A stretch of 64,000 nucleotides of DNA from assembly GCF_009914755.1 (NCBI RefSeq), contig NC_060926.1; one strand, 5' to 3'. The stretch is from the human T2T-CHM13v2.0 reference genome, Homo sapiens. The position numbers and the translations under genes are program-made. The notes beneath the pieces were generated by a model. That model had not been told where the DNA came from, ran no database searches, and saw nothing but the letters and a program-made list of their open reading frames with translations. Shown here piece after piece: positions 16,141 to 31,194 of the stretch (the first letter of the stretch is position 1; the number at the start of each line of letters is the position of its first letter).

Positions 16141-17356
16141 TAAGCCACACACCTTGTTTCTCTGGCCAAGCACTGTTACGTACTTTGAGTTTCATATTAA
16201 ATGCCATTTTCCTAGGAGGCTCTTTCCTAAGCCACTAGACTAGGATAATTTCTCCATTTTGTATGTGCTTCTATAGAGCTCTAATACACCCACCCACACA
16301 CACAGAGGTTTTTCATACTTTCACACTTGCTTAATATCCATCTTCCCCATAGACAAATCCCACAGGGCAAAGGCCATGTTTTTTAGTCTTTTACTCACTG
16401 CTGGTCCCAGGCGTTTATACAATGCCTGGCTTGGTGTTCAGCTTCTGAATTGAACTTAACTGCTATTGGGTTTTCAGTTAACTGAGAGAAGGGACAAGGC
16501 AGGATTTGCAGGGGGGTCAAAACTAATTTAGGCTGTATCCCAGTGTGGCTCCCTCATCTCAGCCTTGATGCTCATTTCTCTGGTCGTATCCTTCACTGAG
16601 CTCTCTAAATAAAAGGCCTTCATGTTTTAGGAGTCTGCTGGTCATATGGGCTGACCCCCGTAGACTGGGAGGACTCCAGCTATGGGGTGGGACAGATCCT
16701 AGGGGTAGTCCCCTCTGCCAGGGCTAGAAGGAACTCCAGTCCCCCAGGCAGAACATGGCAGTAGAGGTGCTGGCACAGTCAAGAGGTGGCCAGTCATCCA
16801 GCCCCGCTGTCAGGCCAAGAGGCTCCACAGAGGCTGAGGGTGTCCCAACAGCGGGGCAGAGCATGGAGACAGGATATTCCCAGCAGACCCTCTTCAGAAA
16901 TTGAGTCTCAAGGGGTCTTGGGGAACTTGGTCAGCAGATGTCATGGCTTCATCTGTCAGCTGGTGGGTCAGCTCAGCGGGACTCCTGTCTTTAGAAGGGA
17001 GGCTCAAGTCTTTACTCTGTACCAAGACAGAGATGGGGGCCAGGAAACAAGACATGCAACCATTTTCCATCATCAAGGGGCGAGATGGTGCTTGGCATGA
17101 GGCAGAACTGGGCTCTGTCAATGCCACGCATCAGGAGGAACCCCTTTTCTGTTTCAATCCCTCCTGTTCATGTGTGGTGCCCGTTAGAGCTGGCGTATAC
17201 TTCTGTTCTCCAGTGTCTGAGGACATGGAGGACCCATTTCCTCATTTTCCCCCTTGTGGTTGGATGGGATCATGCACCCAGTTCTCGTTGAGACCAAGAT
17301 GCTGAGGTTACCGTTTTCTTTGTGGGACCAAAAAAAGAGCTCTAATTCGGCTTGAA

Positions 17357-17672
17357 ATGTGTGTGTTTGTGCGTGCGTGTGAGAGAGGGCAGGTGCGTAA
17401 TGGAGAGTGTGTCGGTGTTCCATGTGTGAGAGTGTGTAGGTGAGTGTGTGTGTGTGAAGAGATGTGTGTGATAGTGGTGTGTGAACTTGGGAGTGTGTGT
17501 CTGTGGTGCATAACTGTGTGTGTGTGTATGTGCAAATGTGAGTGTGTATGTGTGTTAATGTGTGTATGTGTGTGTGACTAAGGCGTGTGAGTGTGGTGTG
17601 TGAGCTTGGGCGTGCGGGTGTTGAAATGTGTGTGAGTGTGTACACGTGTGTGAGCACAACAGTGTGTGAGTT
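17357..17672. repeat. Degenerate (TG)n low-complexity tract
   Basis: ~315 bp of interrupted GT dinucleotide repeats; source of the His/Thr-rich ORF artefacts. Confidence 0.95.
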
Positions 17673-18914
17673 TGGGGTGGGCACAGGCCACAGCTAGTCT
17701 CTCTTGGGGCGTTAGATCTCTGCAACCCAAGCACCCCAAGTCGCTCTCCTTCCTCACTCCATCCTGAGCTTCCCAGCTGCTGCCTCTGCTCCGAACTCCC
17801 ACGGGGAAAGCAGCGTCTCTAGGACCAGGGGCTCCGAGCATGGCACAGCGCCAACTCTCGTCTCTTGCCGCCTCCTGAGAACCTGGGTGCAGCACAAAAC
17901 AGTCAAATATTTTCCTCTTCTGTCATCACTAACTAGAGCTCCACAAGTTCCCAGATTGCCGTGTTAGCTCTTCACCATAATTAGCAGTTTTCTGATATCA
18001 TGCTAACACTCCTTAATTCTTCCCTCAGAGACAAAGCAAATCCGTGGGATGCCGAGGGCACTTGGATAACTTCCGCTCGGGAGAGAAGCCCAAACTCCGC
18101 GTCCCGGAGACCTGAAGTGTGGCCGCCAGTGGACACCCAGCTGAGGGATGAGCAGGTGGGCCTCAGTGGTGGCTGTGGGGTCCCTGGACACTGCTCGCCA
18201 CTGGCCTCCAGAAGCATTGTAGGCTTTGGGGACCTGCTGGTCCTCCGGCCCTAAATGTGGCCCTGGAATGATGAAGGAAAGTTTGCCATCTCCATCCTCC
18301 TCAAGCTGCCTGAGCACCCCAGTAGCACCCACCCTGTCTGTGCTCCCGTCTGCACCCCATGTCCTGGGGCCTGCTTTGTGTTGCACCGGATGACAGGAAC
18401 CAGTGCCCTGACTGTGACTTGCTTCTCCCTTCAGGGACACACAAGCACTTTCACAGCAAGGCTACTTTTCAGCCCTTCTGCAGACAGGGCTTCCTGCAGG
18501 GATGCTGGATGCAGAGGCAGGACGAGGATGCAGGGCCTGGGTCCAGGTGCGACTCCTCTCACACCTGGTACAGGTGGCCCCTCTCCCGGCAGGGCACCTC
18601 GGCTCCCTGGGGAGAATGAGAAAGGGGAACTGAGAGTTCATTGTTCCGTGGGGCATGCCACAAACCCCCAAAGACCCATCGGGTGAAAAGAAGAAAAACA
18701 ACCGCAAAGCTATTTTCACCTGAGGCGGTCTCATGGGTGAAGCAGACGCCTGGATTACTCAATCCAGGCAGGGTCTCCTGCCTGGATTACTCAAATAATG
18801 ACCCGGTGTGTCCTCCTTCCACCAGTGAGAAAGTCCCTTCTCAGTGGAAAATTATGGGTTGAGGTCTTTTACCTGGGGCCTCCTCTTTTTGTTTAAGATG
18901 GTAGTTTAAAAAAA

Positions 18915-20200
18915 ACAGTTTTTTTTTTAGAGAAGTGTTTGTTTCCAGCAAAATTGAGAGGAAAGTACAGAGGTTTCCCACGTCCCCCCTGCCCAAGCAC
19001 ATGCACAGCCTCCCCAACTACTCACATCCCCCATCGGTTATCCATTTGTGACAACTGATGAACCCCCATGGGCACATGATCATCACCCAAAGCCCAGTGT
19101 AAGCATTAGGGTTCATTCTTGGTGTTGTACATTCTATGGGTGTGGAGAGCAGGTAATGACATGCGTCCACCATTTTAACAGAATAGTTTGCCCGCCCTAA
19201 AATTTCCCATGCTCCTCCTGTTCATCTGTCCTTTCCTCCAATCCCAGGCAACCACTGATCTTTTTACTGTCATCATGGTTTTGTCCTTCCCATAATGCCA
19301 CATAATTGGAAGCATTTACATTTCCTCCATTTCACTTCATAGCTTGGTACCTCAGTTGTTTTTAGTGCTGAATAATATTCCATTGTCTGGAGATATCCTT
19401 ATTTATTTATTTATTTTGATGCAGTCCCAGTCTGTCGCCCAGGCTGGAGTGCAGTGGCGGGATCTCAGCTCACTGCAACCACCACCTTCCATGCTCAAGC
19501 TATTCTCCTGACTCAGCCTCCTGAGTAGCTGGGATTACAGGTGCCCATCAACACGCCTGGCTAATTTTTGTATTTTCAGTAGAGATGGGATTTCACCGTG
19601 TTGGCCAGGCTGGTCTTGAACTCCTGACCTCAAGTGATTCGCCTGCCTTGGCCTCTCAAACTGACCTCAAGTGATTTGCCCACCTCGGCCTCCCAAAGGG
19701 CTGGGATTACAGGCGTGAGCCACCATGCCCGGCCGGCATGTATCAGTTTATTTATCCCTTCACCTGCTGAAGGACATCTTGGTTACTTCCAAGTTTTGGC
19801 AATGATAAACACGGCTGCTATAAACATGTGTGCTCAGGTATCTGTGCAGACATTAGTTTTTGGTTCATCTGCACAAATACCAAGGAGCATGATTGCTGGA
19901 TTGTGTGGTAAGGGGATGTTTAGTTTTGAAGGAAACCACCAAGCTGTTTTTCACAGTTTGCATATTTTGCATCCTAACAGCAATGAATGAGAGTTCCTAT
20001 TGCTCCACGTCCTCACCGCATTTGCTGCTATCTGTGCCCTGGATTTGGGCCATCCTGATAGGTGTGTGGTATCCGGTAGGTGTGTCTCATTGTTGTTTTA
20101 ATTTGCATTTCTCTGATGACATATGATGTGGATTATCTTTTCATCTGCTCATTTGCCATCTATATATCTTCTTTGAGGCATCTGCTCAGATCTTTGCCTT
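18915..20200 (-). mobile_element. L1MA/MB 3' end, interrupted by an Alu
   Basis: Reverse L1 3' UTR/ORF2 text ('cagcaaaattgagaggaaagtacagag', 'ggacatcttggttacttccaagttttggc', 'ttttaatttgcatttctctgatg'). Confidence 0.88.
19399..19736 (-). mobile_element. AluS with an internal 37-bp tandem duplication
   Basis: Reverse Alu; 'ctgacctcaagtgat...ctcaaa' repeated at 19624-19660 and 19661-19697. Confidence 0.93.
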
Positions 20201-20949
20201 TGGCCTTTTGTTATCTCTAAAACACAGAAGGCGGTGCAGGGTGCGTTAAGAAGGCATGTCTGGGCAAGTGGGTGCCTTTGCCTCTCCCTGCTGCCCCCGC
20301 ACAGGGTTTCTCCAGGCTGTCTTGTCACCCACCTCTATTTGGTTGGGGCCACATTTACCAGGGATCCCCACTATCCCAAAACTCCTCTTGAACACATTGT
20401 CTGTCCAGGAGGGGCCTGTCGAGCTGCAGTTTATGTTCTATAGGTTCAGGCAGCTGCTGCTAAAGTGACAAGGTGACTCTCTGACCTGGTTTGCTGAGAT
20501 AGTCGCGGATGACACCTCTTTTCCTGGCTTAATGGTTACAACTCCCACCCCACCAAAGTGTCTCAGTTTGGACAATAACCACAGTTATTATCCTTGGGAA
20601 AGGACATTTGGGCTCTGACATCTGGCCTGGCTGAATCACCTCCTCCCTGTTGGAGGGGGTCAGGGGTCAGGGTTGCTTCCCTGGAGCTCTGGAAAGACCA
20701 GTGAAGGTGAGGGAGGTGTGACAGTAGAAACTGCTGCGAAGAGCAGACTCCTCTGTCCATGGGCAGGGACCTCAAAGGCTTTCACTTCACACCCACCTCC
20801 ATCAACGTCAATGGTCACCAAGGTCCTGAAGCCTTCCTGAATTTCTTCCTGCATTTCTCCAACCAGAGCAATTCTCTTTCTTTGAGTCCTCAAGTCCACA
20901 CTGAGCTTCTTTCTCCTCCCTTAGTACATTCCTTCTCCTGAGAGACAGG

Positions 20950-21325
20950 TTAACATGCAGCAGCTCTGTGACCTTGGGCCTCAGTTTCCCCATCTGCAAA
21001 ATGAGGAGGGTCATAGTGCCTGTCTCATAGAGTCATGAAGAGGATAAAGTGAATGAATACATGTGATGTGCTGGGAGCAGCTTCGGACACATGGAAATGT
21101 TCGCTATCATTTTAAGCACTGAATCTTAGATTGTAAGCATCTTTCCTTTAAAAGAGCAAAGTTCAAAGTTATATGTTGAGTAATGACCATATGCCAGGTG
21201 CTTTCACACCCACATCAATGCTCCAGACTCCAAGAGCTGGCGGTCATTGGATCCAGTTCATAGGGTGGAGAAGAGGAGGTTCAGAGTGGTGAACTAACGG
21301 GCCCAGGTCACACAGCAGAACAGTG
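20950..21325. mobile_element. Two MIR fragments in opposite orientation
   Basis: 'cctcagtttccccatctgcaaaatgagg' (minus) and 'aggttcagag...gcccaggtcacacagc' (plus). Confidence 0.7.
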
Positions 21326-21377
21326 AAAAGGTCATGGATGGCTTAAAATACCAGCCCTTCCTTCACCCTCCTTCAGC

Positions 21378-21380
<3 letters not shown>

Positions 21381-21426
<46 letters not shown>
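21381..21426. repeat. Compound (TC)n(CA)n microsatellite
   Basis: Read directly from the sequence. Confidence 0.95.
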
Positions 21427-21459
21427 TCCCTTCATAAAAATCTCACAATGGCAAGTGTC

Positions 21460-21722
21460 TTATATGAGACACACAGAGGAGAAGATCCTGTGAAGAGGGA
21501 GGCAGAGATTGGAGAATCACAGCCACAAGTCAAGGAAGGCCGACAACCACCAGAAGCTGGAAGGGGTAAGAGCAGCTTCCCCGCGCTGTTTCTAGAGGGT
21601 GCATGGCCCTGCCAGTACCTTGATTTTGGACTTCTGGCTTCCACAGTTGTGAGATAATACACTTTCCTTGTTTTACGTCAACATTTTGTGTAATTTGTCT
21701 CGGCTGCCACAGAAAGTGAATA
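21460..21722 (+). mobile_element. MLT1C/D-like LTR, 3' part
   Basis: 'agagattggag...gccacaagtcaaggaaggc...ccagaagctggaagg...gcatggccctgcc...ccttgattttggacttctgg'. Confidence 0.8.
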
Positions 21723-22127
21723 GAAATAGTTTTCCCTCAGCGCAACCTGGTGATGCACGTATTCACTTTGAAAACACGTCATTTCCACCTGCAAAGGTTT
21801 TAGGTTCCTCAAAGGGACTGTGCAGAGGGATCGCTGCAAGTGAAGTCAACATTTGGCCTCATTCTGTTAGAACACCTGCAAGAGGAGGCTCAGGTGCTGA
21901 CTGAACAAATCCCCTGGCTCTTGGGGTGGTCCATGCCTTTACCGAATGCCTCCTTTGTTGGGGTCATTCTGCTGGGAAGACATTCCCATTGGAAGATACT
22001 GGACCTTTCCTTTACCATGTCAGGCATGACACTCCTACGTTAAAAAACTGTCCATACCAAGGGCATGACAGGCAATTCATAGAAGAAAGCAGGATGATCA
22101 ATGGCCTATGAAAGGATCCTCAGCTGT

Positions 22128-22419
22128 GGCTAGGCGCAGTGGCTCACCTCTGTAATCCCAGCACTTTGGGAGGCCAAGGCAAGAGGATCACTTGAGCCCA
22201 GGCGTTCGAGACTGGCATGGGAAACATGGCAAAACCCCATCTCTATAAAAACTTAGCTGGGTGTGGTGGCATGTGCCTGGAGTCCCAGCTACTCAGGAGG
22301 CTGAGGTGGGAAGATCATCTAAGCCCAGAAGGTTGAGACTGCAGTGAGCCACCATCGTACCACTGCACTCCAGCCTGGATGACAGAGTGAAACCCTGTCA
22401 AAAAAAAAAAAAAAAAAAA
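22128..22419 (+). mobile_element. AluJ
   Basis: Full Alu with A20 tail; TSD atcctcagctgt on both sides. Confidence 0.95.
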
Positions 22420-22525
22420 TCCTCAGCTGTTCTAGAATCAGAAGGCAAATAAAAACCACAGTGAGACACCTTTCAATTACATCAGATCACCTGAAATCAA
22501 AAGTGTTTCACAACAGCACTGGTAA

Positions 22526-22838
<313 letters not shown>

Positions 22839-23139
22839 TAAACAATGTTAATAATTGTAGCTTTGTTTAGTTCGGGAAAAGGAAAGAACCCAAATGTTCA
22901 CTGGAAAGAGGATAGACCTGTAAATTGAGGCACAGTTACACAATGTTAATTACCGATAAAGCTGGGCCTAACCACAGGTTGCAGGAGATATATATATCTA
23001 TATAGGACACTGTGGAAGGTTGGTCAGTGTTTGAGGACTGGGGTGAGTAAGAACACACGCTTGGTTAAGGTGATTTTCACTTTTTTACTGAGGAACAGCA
23101 GACAAACAGCACAAAGTATGTAGCCAAGTTTAAGGGTAA

Positions 23140-23662
<523 letters not shown>

Positions 23663-24869
23663 AGACGTTGGGGGAAGGATACACCAGCACTCACAAACCT
23701 ATTATTTTTATTATTCTTTATTATATCATACTACCTATAATTGTTCACGTCTTAAAAATAAATATGAATCAAATCCATAAACATGTTAGGATTTGATAGA
23801 GTCAACAATGGGGCCAAAGGTGGGATTATATTCACAGGGCTTTTCTGTAGTATGCAACATTTCATTTCAAAAATCCGTCCCTGGGTCCTGTCAAGTTACC
23901 ATCTGCCATCCCAGGTAGAAGTCAGGAACTAGAAGAACTCGCCAAGGTTTGGGAACCTTTGCAAATTGACCACTTTTGTGCTTTCTGTAACCCAGTCTCT
24001 CCTTGCAGGGATTATCAAAGCCGTTCTAAAAGTCGAAGAGTCCTGTGTATATATGTTTTGGTGGTCAGAAGAAAGAAGCGAGTGCCCAGGAGGCAGTGTG
24101 GAGTTTTCATGGATGACCTCCCAGGCTTGTCTCCTCCTGAGCCAGGGCAGGTCGCCAGATGGGCGTTCCAGCCCAGGGGAGAGCTGTGCTCAGCGGAGCC
24201 CCAGCTCCGTAGAATGTGAGTCCCTGGGCCAGGGTGGAGGGGCCCGGTTGGTGAAACCTTGCTTCTGGCCCTGAAAAAGACTTGGCAGGCTTTCCTGCCC
24301 AGTGGCTTAGGTGGCGCCTGAGGCATCTTAGGAAAATGCTGTTCAGTTCTTTAGAACCTGAGGTCTGGAGGATCTATTAACATGCTTTTCCCTGGGCTGA
24401 CCTTAGGACCAGTTCGTTTACCGACATGAAGCGGCATGGCTTTCAAAATGAACAGTGGAGCCAAAGAGAGCAGGAAAGCAGAGAGACCCATGTCCACCCT
24501 GAACGCTGGTTGTAGAGGTCCCAGCTGATCACTCCTGGTCTTGACCACTTCCCTCCCCTCCCTTCAGCTGCAGCCTCTCATGCCTTTTGATTATGGTGCT
24601 GATGAAAGCGGTGGAAGCAGCTCTTCTCTCAGCATCGGCTACTCCACTTTGCAAGGCCTGCGTTTGGGTTGTGCTTTTCAAGTAAGGAGATGTTGCTACC
24701 CTGGGAATCACATCAATGTGTTCTTAATATTTAGGGCTTATTGGTACATGCCTGCTGACTCAGTGAAGGTCCTATTGGATGACAAAAACAAGCAGACCAA
24801 AAACTCAAAGGGACTGATATGGTCTGAGTGGCCACAGCTTGATCTGGGCTCATTTTAGAGGCGCTGGGC

Positions 24870-25170
24870 TGTGCTGCCCTGTCCCAGGCTGCTTGCTGCA
24901 CACAGCTGTTGGGCGCTGGAAGAGTGGAGAGTCGAGCGGAGGTGGGTGCCGAGTTGAAAACCCACACCAGATTTCAAAGACAAAACAAAGGAAAATAACT
25001 CATGAATAGTTTTTCTATGGATTACATGTTGAAATGCTAATTTTTAGATATTTAATATATTAAGTGAAATAAAGTAATATTAAAATTGGTTTCATCTGTT
25101 TCTCTTCACTTTTAAAAAATATGGCTACTCGATTACCCATGTGGCTTGCATGTGTGGCTGACATTGTATT
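24870..25170. mobile_element. MER33-like hAT-Charlie MITE
   Basis: 'caccagatttcaaagac...gattacatgttgaaatg...attaaaatt...atggctact...atgtggcttgcat'. Confidence 0.65.
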
Positions 25171-25227
25171 TAAGTTGTCTTAAGGGAATGTTACCCTATA
25201 TATACTAAGGAATCCAGGCTTAAATGA

Positions 25228-25592
<365 letters not shown>

Positions 25593-26094
25593 CTTATTAT
25601 CTTTTAACCAATGGTGGTGGGAGTGGCTGGCCTGAGCACGGGAAGCAGGAGGTGCATTGTCTATAGAGAATTTAAAATGAGAAGAAAACTAACTCAAGTT
25701 TAGCCCTCTTTTCATCACCACCACAAGCTCCGTTGTGAACAATGTCAGTCCTGAATGACGGCTCCCTGCCCAAATGGGCGGCTCTCGCAGCCCCTGCCCG
25801 GCCAGATGTGCCATGTCAGGTGACTGTGTGGTACCTTGGTGTGACTCTTGGCCTTTCTCCCGTCTGTAGAGGGGCCCTCTGGATCCAAGTGGCCATGGCT
25901 AGCTTCCTACAACCCAGCCTTCCTGACTTCTCCCAATTTCCCCTCAGCCTCCCGGCCTTGGGCTCGCTCTCCAACGTGAAGTTCTTGCCTCTGCCTTGAA
26001 TCAGGACTCTGTGGCCTCACCACCACCTGCTGGCAAGCTCCTACCCTTGCCTCAGGACCCGGCCTGGCCTCTCCCCTTCGGTGAAGCCCTTAGC

Positions 26095-26440
26095 GTCTCG
26101 GTCAGTTGGGGCTGCAATAACAAATTACCATAGACTGAGAGGCTTCAAGATAAACACTGATGCTCACAGTTCTGGAGGCTGGAAGTCTCAGGTCAGGGGC
26201 CACATGGTCAGGCTCTGGCGACGGCCCTCTGTCAGCTTCTCATGTGTCCTCACATGGTGGAAAGAGGGCAAGAGAGCTCTCGGAGGTCACTTTTATAACG
26301 ACTCCAATGTCATTTATGGGGGCTCCACCCTCATGCCTCAATTACCTCCCAAAGACCCACCTCCCAGTACAAAGCCATTACACTGCAGGGTTAAGACTTC
26401 AACATGAGACTCTGGGGGGCACAAACATTCGGTCCATAAT
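26095..26440 (-). mobile_element. MLT1A-like LTR
   Basis: 'ggggctgcaataacaaattaccatagactg...ctcacagttctggaggctggaagtc...caaacattcggtccataa'. Confidence 0.8.
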
Positions 26441-26534
26441 TGCCCATCCACATGGAACGCCCCATCTGTTCATCCACTGCGCCTGCTGCACACCTTAGGG
26501 TTGCACTTTAGTATTGCGTTATAATTTTTTATCA

Positions 26535-26728
26535 TTAAGTAGAGCCAGACTACTTGGGTACACACCCCAGATCTGGCCCTTGAGAGCTGTGTGAACTTAG
26601 GCCAATCACTTAACCTCTCTGTCCTCATATATAAAATGGGGTAAAACCTCAGTTTCCTCATATATAAAATGGGGTAATAGTACCTCCTCCACGGGGCTGC
26701 TGGGAAGATGAAATGAATTAATATCATA
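26535..26728 (-). mobile_element. MIR with a 33-bp tandem duplication, split by a Tigger element (resumes at ~27210)
   Basis: MIR core; repeat units at 26612-26644 and 26645-26677. Confidence 0.8.
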
Positions 26729-27197
26729 CAGTAGCCTCTCTTGTCCATGGCTTCATTTTCCACAGTGTCAGTTAGCAGTCATCAATGATGGTTCGAAAAT
26801 ATGAAATGGAAATTTTCAGAAATAAGCAATTCCTAAGTTTTTCATTGCTGCCATTCTGAGCAGCATATTAGACTCTTGTTCTGTCCACTCCCTCCATTTG
26901 TCTCATCATGCCTGCATTTCACCATCTCGCTCATCGCAGGAAGGGTGAGTGCAGTACAATCAGATATTCTGAGAAAGAAAGAGGCCACATTCACATAACT
27001 GTATTACAGTATATCGTTAGAATTGTTCTATTTTGTTATTAGTTGTTAATCTCTTTCTCTGCCTAATTTATAAATTGAACTTTATCCTAGGTATGTACAT
27101 TTAGGAAAAAGCAGTATTGTAGGATTTGGTACTACCTCAGTTTCAGGCATCCAGTGGGGGTCTTGGAACTTTTCTCCCATGGATAAGGGGGTGACCG
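26729..27197. mobile_element. Tigger2/MER8-family TcMar DNA transposon
   Basis: Degenerate TIRs CAGTAGCCTCTCTTGTCCATGG ... CCATGGATAAGGGGGTGACCG flanked by TA. Confidence 0.8.
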
Positions 27198-27865
27198 TAC
27201 ATGGGGCTAGAATAATACCAGGAACAGTGCATGGCACGCTGAGCTCCATGGAAGGTGCTAATATTAATATTGGGGGCGATGCTGTGTCTGTCTTCCCTTG
27301 AGGGCAGGCCTGGGCTTTGCTCACTTTCCTGTACCCGGGGCCCATCACAGAGCCTGGGCAAGGGAGGTGCTTCATTGTTGTTTTCTGAGTTAATATGTTG
27401 TTTTCTGACTAAGTGATAAGAAACAGATGTTGCAGCGAGTCTGCTATGCCCTGGGGCGCCCCTTGGGACACTAGGGTTGGCTGCCACCCCGGCCCCCACC
27501 TGATCTCTGCTGGTGCCCCCAGTGTCAGGGGCCGCATCTGACGGGGAGGCTGCATTCCGACCTCTGCTTGGGGGCCACAGGCTGACATCCCCTCTGCTCC
27601 CACCGGTCCCTCACTGGCCCCCAATCGCTCCTGACCTCCAGTCCTGACCCCGCTCACCCACCACCCTGCCCACCTCCTGGGCCTGCGCTTCCTCCCACAG
27701 CCCTTCCTGGAGGGCAGGGAGGAGGAAACGCTCTTCTCAGGGATGAGGGTCCACTGGGAAGGGGGTCCCCTGGGTTCAAAAGACCTTTGTTGTCCCCACG
27801 ACAGCTTTGGTGCTTCACTAAGTGTCCTGGGGCTGCAAAAAGCATAGAATTGAAAAGCTCCTAGA

Positions 27866-28291
27866 TGAGGGTTCCCTGGAAAAACAGAACCAATAGAAAG
27901 TGTGTATCTGTATTCACAGAAATATAGTTATTCTAGGGAATTGGCTGTCGCAATTGTGGAGGCTGGCAAATCCACAGGCCTGATGTCCCAGTTAGAGTCC
28001 ACAGATGGAAAGTTATTGGAGAACCAGGAAAAGCTGATGTTCCCATTCAAATGACAGCAGTCAGGTAGGAGAGGCACCCTCTTCCTCAGCCTTTTTATTC
28101 TATCTGGGCTCTCAGTTGATTGCAACCCCCTCACCTCACATTAGGGAGGGCCATCTGCTTTACTCTCTCTATTGGTTTAAATGTAAATCTCACGCAAAAA
28201 CAACCTCACAGAAACACCTGGAATCATGTCTGCCTAAACATCTGGGCACCCTGTGGCCCAGTCAAGTTGACACATAAGATTGGCCATCACA
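27866..28291 (-). mobile_element. MLT2 LTR (ERVL)
   Basis: 'gggttccctggaaaaacagaaccaatag' ... 'cccagtcaagttgacacataagattggccatcaca'. Confidence 0.85.
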
Positions 28292-30134
28292 GCTCCTCCC
28301 AGGTGGGTGCCAGGGAGTGATGAGGAAAGGAAGGGCCCGTGCCAATGAGAGAGACCAATAAGTGGCATTGATTTTCTGGCTCAGATCCTTAGTTGTGCCA
28401 CTGCCCCCTATACAACCCTGGGCAAGCCAACTTGTCTCTTTGTGCCTGTGTCTCCATCTAGGCAGTGGGGCCAGGCCAGTGCCCACCTTGGAGGCAGCAC
28501 ATGCAAAGGGCCCTGAGCTGTCCCTGGCACCCTGGGTGGTGTCATTGGTAGTTTTATAGTGTGGTTGGGACCCTGGCCAGAGAAGCTGGAGAAATTTGGG
28601 GCAAGGAGAATGAGGAGTGAGCCAGGAAGGCTCCCAATTAAACTAAAAAATCACTGCCGTGGCTTTGCATCTTATTTTCTTTTATTGCATTTTAGCTTTT
28701 GGATTTAGGGCCTTTTGAAGGTGAATTTCATCAGACTGAAGAACTGTGTGAAAACCTGCTTTTTCTGGACTAAATACACACAGGCGGGTCAGATACCCAG
28801 GACGCCCAGAGCCCTCCCTCTACAAGGCATGGGCGTTCCTCCTGCCCTCCACCTTCCAGATGCCAGGGTCTTCAGGGTCCTGCATTCATGCAGGGACGCT
28901 GAGTCCAATTCAACTACCTGCTCTCTAATCCCAGCTCTTTCTAGCGGGGCATTTTAGGTGATTCATGCTGCAGCCTGCACGAATCAAAGCTAAAAATAGG
29001 CACATTTTCATGGCAAGAGAAAACAGAGTCCTTAGAAAACACGACTCCCGGAAAAACCAAATCAGTAATCCAGACTCGGCGGCCCTGGGCGGATGACCAG
29101 TCATGGGTTCAATTTGTATTTCCTGAGCACCTACTGTATACAGGGTGCTGGGGGTGGGGCCCTTTTCTCTCTTCTCATGGATCAGAAGGAAGGAATTTCC
29201 CCTCCTTTGTCACCCCAGGAGAGGAGCGCCTTCTCATCTGAAGTTTGAACTTGACATTCACGGTCCATCGTTCACCTGTGGGCACAGTGCTCCTGCCCCT
29301 CCCACTCCTGGCTCCATGCTCACGATCCTGGAGGCATCCTCCTGGAGGATGCTCATTCCACAGATGTGCCCAGATAATGTAAGATGCATAGACTTCGTTG
29401 GCCTAAAGAAAATGTCTTCCAATTAAGCTGTCTTCCTGCTAGCATTGTCTCTTCAGAGACACCCCATGGGGTCTGGGGGGCAGAGAGCTGGGGACGGCAT
29501 TGGTGTAGGGCAGGGGTAACTGGCTGGGGTGGAAAGCCTGCTCCCCCAGTCCTCAGATGTGTGAATGGCAGCAGGGTCACCTAAGCTCCTTGAGTCTGCC
29601 TTCCCTCCTCTGTAAAATGGGATAATAGTTGTGGAGCCCATGGGCTTGCAGTGAGGAGCCCGCAGATGTCAGATGCTGTGGCTGTCCTCGTCATCATCAT
29701 TATTAGGACTGCTATTATGATGGCCCCACCAATGGCGGTCTGTGCATTAGCCATCTGAGGGGTGTCCAAAGGCCACGGACTATCCCCACATCTGCATACA
29801 TCCTTGTGGTACTTTCTCTTTTTTAAGGTTCTTAAGAATGCATGCAATTTTTTTTTTTTTTTTGCAGGTGAATCTGGGATGGGACCTTATTACTCCCCTT
29901 ACACCACCAGTAAAAATTGGCACACCTGATGAACTCATCGCTACCCACTGCTAGATGCCAGAGCAGGGGATGGAGGAATGAGCAAGTAGCACCTGGAGTC
30001 TGATGGGGGGCAGCAGGAAAGGTAGGGGTTGGGAATGCCGAAGAAGGAAGGGTCACCTTAAGGAAGCTGGTGCTGGGGGCAGACTTCACCAACAGGAGAA
30101 TGGCTGAGGCATGGCCACAAGCCACCCTTTCTCT

Positions 30135-30325
30135 AGTGCAGTGCTTTTCTGACTCTCGAGCACATGCGTGGCTGCTGCAGGTTTGTTAGAACCCAGCTGG
30201 CTGGTCCCCACCCGAGAGCTTCTCATTTGGCAGATCTGGGATGGGGCCGAAGACTGCATGTCTGGCAAGTTCCCAAGCGATGCAAACATGGCTGCTCTCA
30301 AGAATGAGCTTTGAGAACCACTGTT
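30135..30325. mobile_element. MER5A-like DNA transposon
   Basis: 'cagtgcttttctgact...ctgggatggggcc...ctgcatgtctggcaagttccc...tttgagaaccactg'. Confidence 0.7.
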
Positions 30326-30351
30326 TAAACCCATAATCTTCAAGTGTTTCA

Positions 30352-30982
<631 letters not shown>

Positions 30983-31194
30983 TCACTTATAGTGGCTTCA
31001 GTTACCTGCTGATGCCCATACCTGCAGCTGTATCTCACCCTAGGTGGCAGCCTCAGGTCTCCTGAGCTCACAGCCAGGACCACCTGCACCTGCCTTTCCC
31101 AGGCTACTGAGAACTTACATCTGAACATATAGCTGAGCTCAGATCCTTCTCCCCAGCCTCTCTTCTTCCTGGGCTCCCTAACCCGAGAAGAGCA

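Noticed and set aside
17184-17684. His/Thr-rich 166-aa ORF
   Set aside because: Translation of a (CA)n-type microsatellite
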